Assembly: GCA_963845085.1 (NCBI GenBank)
Contig: CAWJQI010000005.1
Coordinates: 813,604 to 877,603, forward strand
Reading direction: 5' to 3'
DNA: 64,000 nucleotides
Origin: Candidatus Fermentibacterota bacterium
GTDB lineage: Bacteria > Fermentibacterota > Fermentibacteria > Fermentibacterales > JCC-6
Position 1 is the stretch's first letter. Each line of letters begins with the position of its first letter. The position numbers were made by a program, and so were the translations under genes. This document shows, piece by piece, positions 17,335-25,618 of this stretch. The notes beneath the pieces are model-generated. The model had not been told where the DNA came from, did not search any database, and worked only from the letters and a program-made list of their open reading frames with translations.

Positions 17335-19563
17335 CTACTTGATAATGGCAAATTTGCCGATTGTGAAGTCATCCTCTGTCTCAACACGGTACACGTAGAG
17401 GCCGGTCACCACGTCCTGCTCGTTCCTGGAAACCAGGTCCCAGTATTCCGTGCCGATCTCCCCGCTGAAGTCCCGGTGTTCGAGGGTGACAACATGATTG
17501 CCGGCCAGGGTGTAGATGTGGATGTTGCACATGGCCGGAAGATTGATGAAGGCGATCTTGTTGAAGTAGATGGCTTCCCAGGCGGCGCTGCCGCGATACG
17601 GGTTGGGCACCACGGCCACGTTCTCGGTCCAGTTGGAGTCAACTCCCCAGCTGGGGACCACCGCGATGGGTGTACCCTCGACGGTCTGCTTGTAGTTCGA
17701 GCGGGTGCTCTCCACCATCGTCTCGGCGTCGTAGGAGCAGACCACGTAGAAGTAGGGGAAGCCGTTGGTGACGGTGTTGTCGGTGTAGGTGTAGGTGCCG
17801 GGACCGCTTACCGTTCCGATGAGCTCCCAGTTGCTCGGTGCAAACGCTGCCCTGTAGATGTTGTATCCGCCGAAGGGGCTGTAGCTTTCGGCATTGGCGC
17901 CCCACTCGAGAAGCACTGCGCCATCCTGTGCCTCGTAGAAGAGGATCGGGGTCGGCGGAAGCTGCGGAACGCCCCAGCCGCCGTTGCGGTAGTAGGCGTC
18001 GAGCATGTTGTCGGCCGCGGTGCGAAGACCGTCAAGGCCTGCGCCAAGAACCCAGCCGCCAACGATGTGCAGGCTGTCGCCCGTTTCGAGGTTGACCGGG
18101 CCCATGCTGGGCAGGAAACGGTAATCGAACACGGGGTAGCCGAGGGCAAGGGGGTTCTCGTAAACAAAGGGGAACGGCCCGGCGTTCGACGCAACCCTCG
18201 CGTTGGGGGTGTTGGGGTTGCCCACCCAGTCGGCGAGGTAGGCGGGGCCGCTGAACTGGCCGTTCTCATCCGGGAAGTCGCCCCACATGTACTGATACTT
18301 TTCCTCGTCGGTGCCGGGGTCGCTTTCCCAGTTCCACCAGCCGTGGCTGATCGGAATGGGCACGCCGTAGACATCGACAGGTCTTTCGATCGTGCCGTCG
18401 GCTTTCTTCACCCAGAGGTCCATCAGCCGCCAGCCGATGAAACCGACAACCGGGGGTGTGAGCTCCTGCTCACCGGTGTCGTCCGCTGTGCTGCCCGGGC
18501 CGTCGCCATCCCACATGTAGCTCATGTTCCTGGGAACAACAGCGTAAGTGGTGTCGCCGACAGTGTGCAGCCAGTAGTTCTCGGGCATGCCGTCGGTGAA
18601 GCGGTAAAGGCCGTTCTCGGGGATGAGCGTGTAGATGGTGTCGGCGCCCGCGATCCTGAAGAGAATGGTGAAGTGGTCGGAAACACCGTTTCCGTCGACA
18701 TCGTTGTCGAGAATGCCGTCAGCCTCGACGTAGTTGTAGTGGTAGAACACGTTGTTGGGGTCGGTGGGGTCGAGCGGGCTGTCGGCGTTCTGACGGTAGG
18801 TGTAGATGTCCTGCTCGCTTGCGTTGGTGCCGTTCTGGAAAACGTACTCGAAGGTTGCGTCGGGGTCGTTGCACCAGATGGCATGGCCGTCGTAGTAGAC
18901 GTTGTCGTCGATGGCCGCTTCAACGGGGTCGATCGTTGCGAGGTCGCAGTCGCCCCTGACGCCGAAGAGAAGGCCGTCGAGCGACGTGAGGTTCGAGGTG
19001 TTGTACTCGGCATGGTATGTCACGATGTGGTGCTGGGCCACGAAGTCGTTGAAACCCGGAGTGCCCCAGCTGTAGTTGCTTTCGTAGTTGAGGAAGCCGA
19101 AGGGCCTCTCATTGACCGTGGACAGCCAGTCGTCGTAGCCGAACATGGACTGCTCAAGGGCGATGGGGCCCGGAACAAGCTTCACGACCGGGAAACCCTC
19201 GCTGGGTCTGAGCTCGTAACCGGTGAAGTCGGCGCAGCTGGCAAGATACCTGTCGGGGCTTTCCGCTCCCGACGGATCGAAAACCGATGCCCAGATGTCA
19301 CCGGAATAGAGGTAACTGCTTGCCTGGCCGCCCGGCCATTCCATCGACGGGTAGTTGGCATCGGGATCGCCGATACGGCCGATGTTCAGAACCGCGCTCC
19401 ACAGGTTGCCCAGATTGTGAAGCGTCCACTGCAATGGGGGACGGTCATCCGTTTCGCTTCCGTCCGGACGCGGAATTTCGCGGATAGTCGCGGAAAAACC
19501 GGGGACGGCGAACGCCAGCAGCAGGAACAGAATAATGAACCTGCTGAACCTTGTGTTCCTCAT
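17335..19563 (-). CDS. secreted protein with T9SS C-terminal sorting domain
   Basis: ORF 17335..19731. Start moved to the ATG at 19563 (GGAGG RBS, signal peptide MRNTRFSRFIILFLLLAFAVPGFSA). The C-terminus VVPNPYRG...IHIYTLAGNHVVTL...WDLVSRNEQDVVTGLYVYRVE...KFAIIK is T9SS CTD-like. Confidence 0.7.
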   Translation of the reverse strand: MRNTRFSRFIILFLLLAFAVPGFSATIREIPRPDGSETDDRPPLQWTLHNLGNLWSAVLNIGRIGDPDANYPSMEWPGGQASSYLYSGDIWASVFDPSGAESPDRYLASCADFTGYELRPSEGFPVVKLVPGPIALEQSMFGYDDWLSTVNERPFGFLNYESNYSWGTPGFNDFVAQHHIVTYHAEYNTSNLTSLDGLLFGVRGDCDLATIDPVEAAIDDNVYYDGHAIWCNDPDATFEYVFQNGTNASEQDIYTYRQNADSPLDPTDPNNVFYHYNYVEADGILDNDVDGNGVSDHFTILFRIAGADTIYTLIPENGLYRFTDGMPENYWLHTVGDTTYAVVPRNMSYMWDGDGPGSTADDTGEQELTPPVVGFIGWRLMDLWVKKADGTIERPVDVYGVPIPISHGWWNWESDPGTDEEKYQYMWGDFPDENGQFSGPAYLADWVGNPNTPNARVASNAGPFPFVYENPLALGYPVFDYRFLPSMGPVNLETGDSLHIVGGWVLGAGLDGLRTAADNMLDAYYRNGGWGVPQLPPTPILFYEAQDGAVLLEWGANAESYSPFGGYNIYRAAFAPSNWELIGTVSGPGTYTYTDNTVTNGFPYFYVVCSYDAETMVESTRSNYKQTVEGTPIAVVPSWGVDSNWTENVAVVPNPYRGSAAWEAIYFNKIAFINLPAMCNIHIYTLAGNHVVTLEHRDFSGEIGTEYWDLVSRNEQDVVTGLYVYRVETEDDFTIGKFAIIK

Positions 19564-19652
19564 ACCCTCAGTCACCTCCAGTTCCTGTCTCGACCGGGAA
19601 CCCGCCCGGCCATCCGTTTGATGTAGAAAACTCCACGCATGTCTCAAACCTT

Positions 19653-20318
19653 TCAGTTCGTGAGCACGAAGCGGTACGTAAGCGATGTCCAGACACCGAC
19701 GGGAACGTTGTTGTTCCGGGCCGGTGTCCACCTGGTGTTCCGGGCGGCCGCAAGGGCTGCCTGGTCAAGGCTTCCCACACCGCTCGAGTTGTAGAGCTGA
19801 ACGTCCGCGACCGTGCCGTCTGCCCTGATGTAAAGCCAAAGCGTGACATTCCCCTCAACACCGGCCTGACTTGCCATTTCAGGGTACGCGGGGGCCGGCT
19901 GGTAGGTGCAGACCGGGAAAACCTCGACCGGCATGAACCGGGGAGGTCCCATCTCGTCTCCGCCCTGCTGGGACAGCTCCTCGGTCTGCTGGAAGGTCGA
20001 GACCTCGGTGAGTCCCTCGGTGTTCTCGCTGAGGGAAAGGGTGACTTCTATCTCCTGGATCATTTCCAGGGCATCCTGTTCCAACTCCTGGCTTTCTTCC
20101 TCGACTTCCTCCTCCTGCTCCTCCACCGTGTCATCGAACGCGAGATCGGCTTCGACCGCCTCCATCTCGCTGTCGGTGGTGCGCGTGGAGAGGCGCCCAA
20201 GCTCGCTCGAGGGGATCAGTTCGAACATGAGGATCAGAGCCGCGAGACCCATTACCATCCCCCATTCGAAGCCGAGGGAAGACTTCTCGCGTAGTTCAGC
20301 ATTCGCCCGTGTAAGCAT
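19653..20318 (-). CDS. tonB: energy transducer TonB
   Basis: N-terminal TM helix, acidic/Pro-rich spacer, C-terminal TonB domain (PAPAYPEMASQAGVEGNVTLWLYIRADGTVADVQL). Start chosen at the ATG at 20318 with a GAGGGGAGGGG RBS. Confidence 0.7.
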   Translation of the reverse strand: MLTRANAELREKSSLGFEWGMVMGLAALILMFELIPSSELGRLSTRTTDSEMEAVEADLAFDDTVEEQEEEVEEESQELEQDALEMIQEIEVTLSLSENTEGLTEVSTFQQTEELSQQGGDEMGPPRFMPVEVFPVCTYQPAPAYPEMASQAGVEGNVTLWLYIRADGTVADVQLYNSSGVGSLDQAALAAARNTRWTPARNNNVPVGVWTSLTYRFVLTN

Positions 20319-20328
20319 TCCCCTCCCC

Positions 20329-20793
20329 TCAGAGCCCGGATCCGAACTCTTCAGCATTGAACTGAATGCTGTAGAGCTCCTCGAATCGCAGGGCGTTGAA
20401 CAGGCTGATGATGTCGCTCATGGGTACTCTGGCGTCAGCGTTGAGTACGATGACGTCAAGGCGCTTGTTCTGTTCGCGCCAGAACTTGTCGTTCAGACGC
20501 GTTAACTGCTCGGCCACCTGGTTCAGGGGAACATCGTAGTCACCTATTCTTGCGATGACCTCGCTCCCCGCCTCGCCGGGTTCCATCTGCTTGATCCAGA
20601 CCTCGACGGTGAGGTTCTGCTTCCCAAGCTCGCTCATGACCTCGGGGTGCGCCTGGGGGAAGCGAATCCGCAATCCCCCGTCCGACTTGAAGATGGTGGT
20701 GGCCATGAAGAACACCAGCAGCAGGAAGACTATGTCGGCCATGGTACCGGTGAAAATCATGCCGGAAGCTTTCATCCGTCTTTTGATCTTCAT
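20329..20793 (-). CDS. exbD: biopolymer transport protein ExbD/TolR
   Basis: ADIVFLLLVFFM TM helix and ExbD-fold length (154 aa). Confidence 0.8.
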   Translation of the reverse strand: MKIKRRMKASGMIFTGTMADIVFLLLVFFMATTIFKSDGGLRIRFPQAHPEVMSELGKQNLTVEVWIKQMEPGEAGSEVIARIGDYDVPLNQVAEQLTRLNDKFWREQNKRLDVIVLNADARVPMSDIISLFNALRFEELYSIQFNAEEFGSGL

Positions 20794-21539
20794 TGCGCAC
20801 CACCCCCCAGTCTCTCCTGAGTCGTGATTCCGGTTCGGCTGACGCCGTTGCGCCTGAGAGTGTCGAGCGCGCGCACCATGCCGTTGTAATCACAATCAGG
20901 GAAGAACTTGAGTATGACCACAAGTTCGCTCTCCCTGACCACTGATGCGATGTCGCCCTGCCGGGCGTCGGCCAGTACCAGTGTATCGCCGAATGCCACG
21001 TCTCCGAAGAAGGGATCGGTCTCAACGGGGACTTCGGCGCCGAGATGCCTGCGGATAACCCCTTCCCGAAGAACGGGGGTGAGGTTCTCCGTAGAGATCG
21101 CGGAGGCGAGGTTTGCGTAAGTGCCGGCGGATACTCCCTTGGCTACTTCGAGGTTCACAAGCAGCCGCCTGGTGGTGGCGGACACGGTCTCCACCCTGTC
21201 CGCGGCAAGGGTCATGATCCCGTCCTGCAAGCCGGGATCCTCAAGGCTGACATCCTCGCCTGCCCGGGCCCTCTGAAGGGCTCCATTCGGGGGGGCCTGG
21301 TCGATAAGCGCCACATACTCGTCCTGACCCCATTGCTTGATGGTCATCACGAGCCTGTTGTTCTCGTCGATCACCACTTCCTCGGTCTCTGCGTCGGGCT
21401 TTTTAGGCAGCCTGTAGCTGATGCCCCTCTGGACCTCGAAAGTGGTCGTGACAAGGAAGAAGATCAGCAGCAGGAACGCAATATCGGACATGGAGGCATC
21501 TGGGATGGCTCCTGTTGCCCGGGGTCTTTCCTTGCGCAT
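20790..21539 (-). CDS. ExbD/TolR-family protein, long variant
   Basis: SDIAFLLLIFFLVTTTF TM helix at the N-terminus. ~100 extra C-terminal residues. Stop overlaps the downstream exbD start by 4 nt. Confidence 0.65.
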   Translation of the reverse strand: MRKERPRATGAIPDASMSDIAFLLLIFFLVTTTFEVQRGISYRLPKKPDAETEEVVIDENNRLVMTIKQWGQDEYVALIDQAPPNGALQRARAGEDVSLEDPGLQDGIMTLAADRVETVSATTRRLLVNLEVAKGVSAGTYANLASAISTENLTPVLREGVIRRHLGAEVPVETDPFFGDVAFGDTLVLADARQGDIASVVRESELVVILKFFPDCDYNGMVRALDTLRRNGVSRTGITTQERLGGGAQ

Positions 21540-21553
21540 GCGTTCTCCTTAAC

Positions 21554-22384
21554 CTACAGCTGCTTAAGGTGCTCCATATCGGCCAGCTGGTCGACAAGGA
21601 ACATGCTGGCTTCCTCCATGTCGGTAACAAATCTGCCGATTCTGGCGATGTAGTAGTTGTTGGCCATCTGTATGGGAATAGCGATGATAAGACCTGCAGC
21701 GGTGGTGATCAGGGCTTCCTGGATACCACCGGCGACAAGGCTCGCCTCAACGTTCTTCGCCGCAGCGATCTCTCCGAAGGCCCGGATCATACCTGATACC
21801 GTTCCCAGGAACCCGAGCATCGGGGCAATGCTGGTGACGGATGCAAGAACGACGAGACCCTTCTCGAGATAGGCCATCTCGATGCCGCCCGAGCTTTCAA
21901 TGGCCTTTTCAACATCCTCCAGACCCTTGTCCCTGCGGAGCAGGCCGGCCCGGAGTATCGCAGCCACGGGGCCGCGGGTTCTGTCGCAGAGGTCTTCCGC
22001 GCCCTGGAGGTCGCCCTTGCGGATGTAGCCGCCGAGCTGCTCAAGGAGCTTTGGAACGTTCTGCTGAGCCCTGCTGTAGGTCACAAACCTCTCGATGGCA
22101 ACGCCAACGCCGAGAAGAAGAGAGATGAGAAGCGGCCACATGAAGATACCGCCGGCGATGAACAGGTCTTTGAGATCCATGCTGGCACTCTGCTGCCTGG
22201 GGATCTCTTCCTCCGCCGGAGCGGCTTCAGCGTCGACGGGCTCAGTGGCAGGCTCCGGAACTGGGGCCGGCTCTTCAACTACTTCCTCGGTGGTTTCCTC
22301 CGCTGTAACAGGCTCTCCCTCCGTCGCCTGCGCGAAGGCCAGGGGCGCCAGAAGCAGCAGGAGAACCATCAGGATATTTCGCAT
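21554..22384 (-). CDS. exbB: MotA/TolQ/ExbB proton-channel protein
   Basis: Signal peptide plus acidic Pro-rich periplasmic N-terminus, then the TolQ/ExbB core (GIFMWPLLISLLLGVGVAIER ... MLGFLGTVSGMIRAF). Confidence 0.8.
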   Translation of the reverse strand: MRNILMVLLLLLAPLAFAQATEGEPVTAEETTEEVVEEPAPVPEPATEPVDAEAAPAEEEIPRQQSASMDLKDLFIAGGIFMWPLLISLLLGVGVAIERFVTYSRAQQNVPKLLEQLGGYIRKGDLQGAEDLCDRTRGPVAAILRAGLLRRDKGLEDVEKAIESSGGIEMAYLEKGLVVLASVTSIAPMLGFLGTVSGMIRAFGEIAAAKNVEASLVAGGIQEALITTAAGLIIAIPIQMANNYYIARIGRFVTDMEEASMFLVDQLADMEHLKQL

Positions 22385-22439
22385 ATGCAGTCTCTCCCGG
22401 TTTGTGGGCGGGCCCTCCCGGGCCCGCCCAATTCAGTTG

Positions 22440-25271
22440 TTACCACTCAAACTCAAGGCCGAAGCGAAGCTGACGCCTTGTGTCGTAAGCGTCGGGCGTT
22501 CCGAACGCACCCCTCGGGTCGTGGTCGGGCTCGCCGTTCCCGTCCTGGTCGGCATCGTACCAGGCTGTATCGATGATTCTGGCAACGTTGGTTCTGTCGA
22601 AGAGGTTCCTTACCCAAACGCTGAGATCCACCGATGTGCCGCCGATCCACCAGGTCTTGTTCACCTTGAGGTCGGTGGTTTCAGTCCAGGGCATACGCTG
22701 GCCGTTGATCTCGGGGTCTGCTGTTCCCTGGGCGCTTGCGGTGTACGGGTATCCGCTTCCGTAGCCGAACTGGACAGTTGCGCCGAAGCCTTCAAGCCAG
22801 TGGTTCGCGCCCCACAGCGGGCCTTCGCCCCTGGGAATGCGGAAGTCGAAGCTGGCGTTGACGCTGTGGCGCTGGTCCCAGTTGAGGGGGCTCTCGCGGC
22901 GGGGGACAACCCAGCCGGCCCAGTTGTAGGTGTAGTTCTGGGTGGCGTTGGAGCTCTTGCCCTGGGAAATTGAATAGGTGTAGTTGGCATTGAAGCTGAT
23001 GAAGTTCGACGGCCTTCTCATTATTGAGAACTCGGCGCCCCTGACATTGCCGTAGTCTGCGTTGATGTAGATGTCGTAGGCGTCGACGGCGCTGAAGAAG
23101 TTCTTCTGCATGTCGGTGAGGCCGGTGATGTCTTTGTAGAAACCGGTCACGTCGAGCAGCGTTATGTCGTCGAACTGGTGCTTGATGCCGACTTCGTAGG
23201 CGATGGTCTCTTCAGGTGCGAGGTCGGGGTTGCCGATGATGGGGTATGCGCCTGTGAGGTCGAAGTTGGAGCCGTCGTAGAGGTTCCCGAGCATGGGAAC
23301 CTGGAAATAGTGGCCGTACGTGAAGTGAAGCACGTCCCTCTCGGTGATGGGGTGGCTGAAGCCAACCCTGGGGCTGAGGTGGTACTTCGCGCTGACGCTC
23401 ACCGGGTTGCGGATGTAGTCGGGGTCGCCGGGGGCCGCATCGGGGTTCACGGGGTCGGTGAGGTCGGCGGGGTACTCGTCGAAGTTGGGGTCGAAGTAGT
23501 CGAAACGAACACCCGCGTTCACGATCATGCCGCGGAATTCCATCTTGTCCTGCGCGTAGGCTGCGAACTGGTGCGGGAAGTGATGGTAGTAGGAAGTGTA
23601 GATGTTGCCGCCGCTTGCCGTGTCGACGCTGTAGGTGAACACGTCGTAGTAGTTGCCCTCGATACCGAGCTTGAGCTGGTGCTGCTGGTTCACCTGGCTG
23701 GTAAGGTCGACGCGGGCGGTGCTGGTGACGCTCTGCTCGTCATCCCATGCGAAGCGCGAGGCGCCGGAACGGTAATAGCCGTTGGCGTCCTGCACTCTGG
23801 TGGGGGTGTAGTTCAGCCAGTCTTCAATTGTCCAGTCCTCACCGAGCCAGCCGCCTTCCGGGTCGCGGATCTTGTAGGAATACTCGGAAGTGTACTGGTT
23901 CAGCTTGAACTCGAGGAAGCTGGCATCGCTGAGTGTCTGGGTGAGGTTGAAACCGTAGCTGCTGTTGGTCCAGAACCTTGAGGGAAGAGCGTAGCCAACG
24001 GACTGACCGAGAATGGTGTCGCCGCTGTTGGGATCGATGTAGTCCTGCTCGAAGAGGTTGTAGGACCAGCCGTACTGCGGGTCGTTGCTGTAGAAACCGG
24101 CCTGCTGATCGCGGAAGGTGGTGGTCAGGTTGATCTTGGTGCGGGGCGTGGGGCGTATTGTGAGTTTGCCGTTGCCCGACCAGGTTTCCTGCCAGTTCCA
24201 GTTGCGTATGGCGTAGTTGCCGTCTTCGCCGCCGCCGGTCTGAAGCCATTCAACGCTTCCAAACAGACGAACGTCGCCGCCGACGTTGAGGCCCATGGCA
24301 GGCAGAAGCAGCTGGGTGATGGGCTCGGGACCGCCGATGGATGCTTCGGCGTTCAGCCTTGCCTCGGCAAACATGGCGGGTTTGTTCCCTGCGAATTCAG
24401 TGCCCTCAAAGTCGTCACCGGGCCACCAGGTGCCGGGGTAACCCCAGGTCCAGTCGGAGGCGAGGCCGAGGGTCTGGAAGTCGTTGCCGTTCATGGAGAG
24501 GGAACCGGAGTAGTTCTGGCCGCCTTCGCGGGTAACCACGTTGATGATGCCGGACTGAGCGTTGCCGTACTCGGCGCCGAAACCACCGGTCATGACCGAT
24601 GTTTCAGCAACGGCTGAAAGCGGGATGCTGGCATCGTATGTGTTGGTCTGGGGGTCCATCTGGGCAACGCCGTCTACGATGTAGGCGACTTCGCCGCTAC
24701 GGCCGCCGCGAACGCGGAGCGTTCCGCCCTGCTGGCTCGTTCCGGCCTGCTGTCCCACGATGTCGGCCACACCCGCTACGGGCATGGTCTTGATTTCGTC
24801 ACGGCTCACGACGGAGACACTGGCGGACTGACCCATTGTGATGAGCCCGCGCTGGTCGGTGACCGTCACGACCGTGCTTCCCACGGTGACGGGGTTGAGG
24901 GTGAGATCGACCCTGGTGGTCATGTCCACCAGAACCGAAACGCCCTGCATGGTCTGATCGCCCATGCCAACCATACGACCGATCACGTCGTAGTTGCCGG
25001 GCTGGAGGTTGATGATGAAGTACTCGCCGTTCTGGTCGGTCATGGCGCCGTAGCTGGTTCCGACGATCATGACCGTGGCCCCGATGAGGGGGGTTCCGGA
25101 GGCGTCGGTGACACGGCCGGCGATCTTACCGGTCGTGGCGGCCATTGCGGAAACGGCCATCAACAGCACCAACGCGAAGGTAATCGTACTCGCTTTTCTG
25201 GGCACCGTTGCAGCTCCTTTCAAATTAAGGTTACCAAACCCCTTCGCCCGTTCCGAAGGTACTGAAACCAC
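22440..25271 (-). CDS. TonB-dependent receptor with N-terminal carboxypeptidase-regulatory-like domain
   Basis: 943 aa. N-terminal CarbopepD_reg-like segment (GKIAGRVTDASGTPLIGATV), plug-like region, C-terminal ...RQLRFGLEFEW ending in an aromatic residue. Heads the exbB-exbD-exbD-tonB operon. Exact start uncertain. Confidence 0.8.
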   Translation of the reverse strand: MVSVPSERAKGFGNLNLKGAATVPRKASTITFALVLLMAVSAMAATTGKIAGRVTDASGTPLIGATVMIVGTSYGAMTDQNGEYFIINLQPGNYDVIGRMVGMGDQTMQGVSVLVDMTTRVDLTLNPVTVGSTVVTVTDQRGLITMGQSASVSVVSRDEIKTMPVAGVADIVGQQAGTSQQGGTLRVRGGRSGEVAYIVDGVAQMDPQTNTYDASIPLSAVAETSVMTGGFGAEYGNAQSGIINVVTREGGQNYSGSLSMNGNDFQTLGLASDWTWGYPGTWWPGDDFEGTEFAGNKPAMFAEARLNAEASIGGPEPITQLLLPAMGLNVGGDVRLFGSVEWLQTGGGEDGNYAIRNWNWQETWSGNGKLTIRPTPRTKINLTTTFRDQQAGFYSNDPQYGWSYNLFEQDYIDPNSGDTILGQSVGYALPSRFWTNSSYGFNLTQTLSDASFLEFKLNQYTSEYSYKIRDPEGGWLGEDWTIEDWLNYTPTRVQDANGYYRSGASRFAWDDEQSVTSTARVDLTSQVNQQHQLKLGIEGNYYDVFTYSVDTASGGNIYTSYYHHFPHQFAAYAQDKMEFRGMIVNAGVRFDYFDPNFDEYPADLTDPVNPDAAPGDPDYIRNPVSVSAKYHLSPRVGFSHPITERDVLHFTYGHYFQVPMLGNLYDGSNFDLTGAYPIIGNPDLAPEETIAYEVGIKHQFDDITLLDVTGFYKDITGLTDMQKNFFSAVDAYDIYINADYGNVRGAEFSIMRRPSNFISFNANYTYSISQGKSSNATQNYTYNWAGWVVPRRESPLNWDQRHSVNASFDFRIPRGEGPLWGANHWLEGFGATVQFGYGSGYPYTASAQGTADPEINGQRMPWTETTDLKVNKTWWIGGTSVDLSVWVRNLFDRTNVARIIDTAWYDADQDGNGEPDHDPRGAFGTPDAYDTRRQLRFGLEFEW

Positions 25272-25618
25272 TCCTTCCTGCCTTCGGAAAGGGCAATTAC
25301 ACCAACTTCACCGGGTTTCACCCGCTTCTCTATTTCAATGCCGTGCACGCCAATATGGCTGCACTACCAAAAACGCGTACTGCCCTTTGGAAACGAGAAT
25401 AAGCTTGCCCGAAAAGAGTGTCAAGCCGTGCTCTGGAACCGGCACCTAACACCCGGGATAGAGCTTTGCCGTGGACTGAGAGGATCAGGTTTCGTAACCT
25501 TCTCGATCGAATGCAGCTGGAGCCCGGCGGGTGTCAGGCGCCACGCACGCTTGACCCGGGGCTCATCTGTGGCAAGTTTTGACCCTGCGCCGGAAACGTC
25601 CCACCGGAAACCAGGGGT

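Noticed and set aside
17221-19626. 801-aa plus-strand ORF antisense to the T9SS cargo gene
   Set aside because: Typical high-GC antisense artefact. Val/Gly/Ala/Arg-rich low-complexity translation, no motifs, and it fully overlaps a well-supported minus-strand gene.
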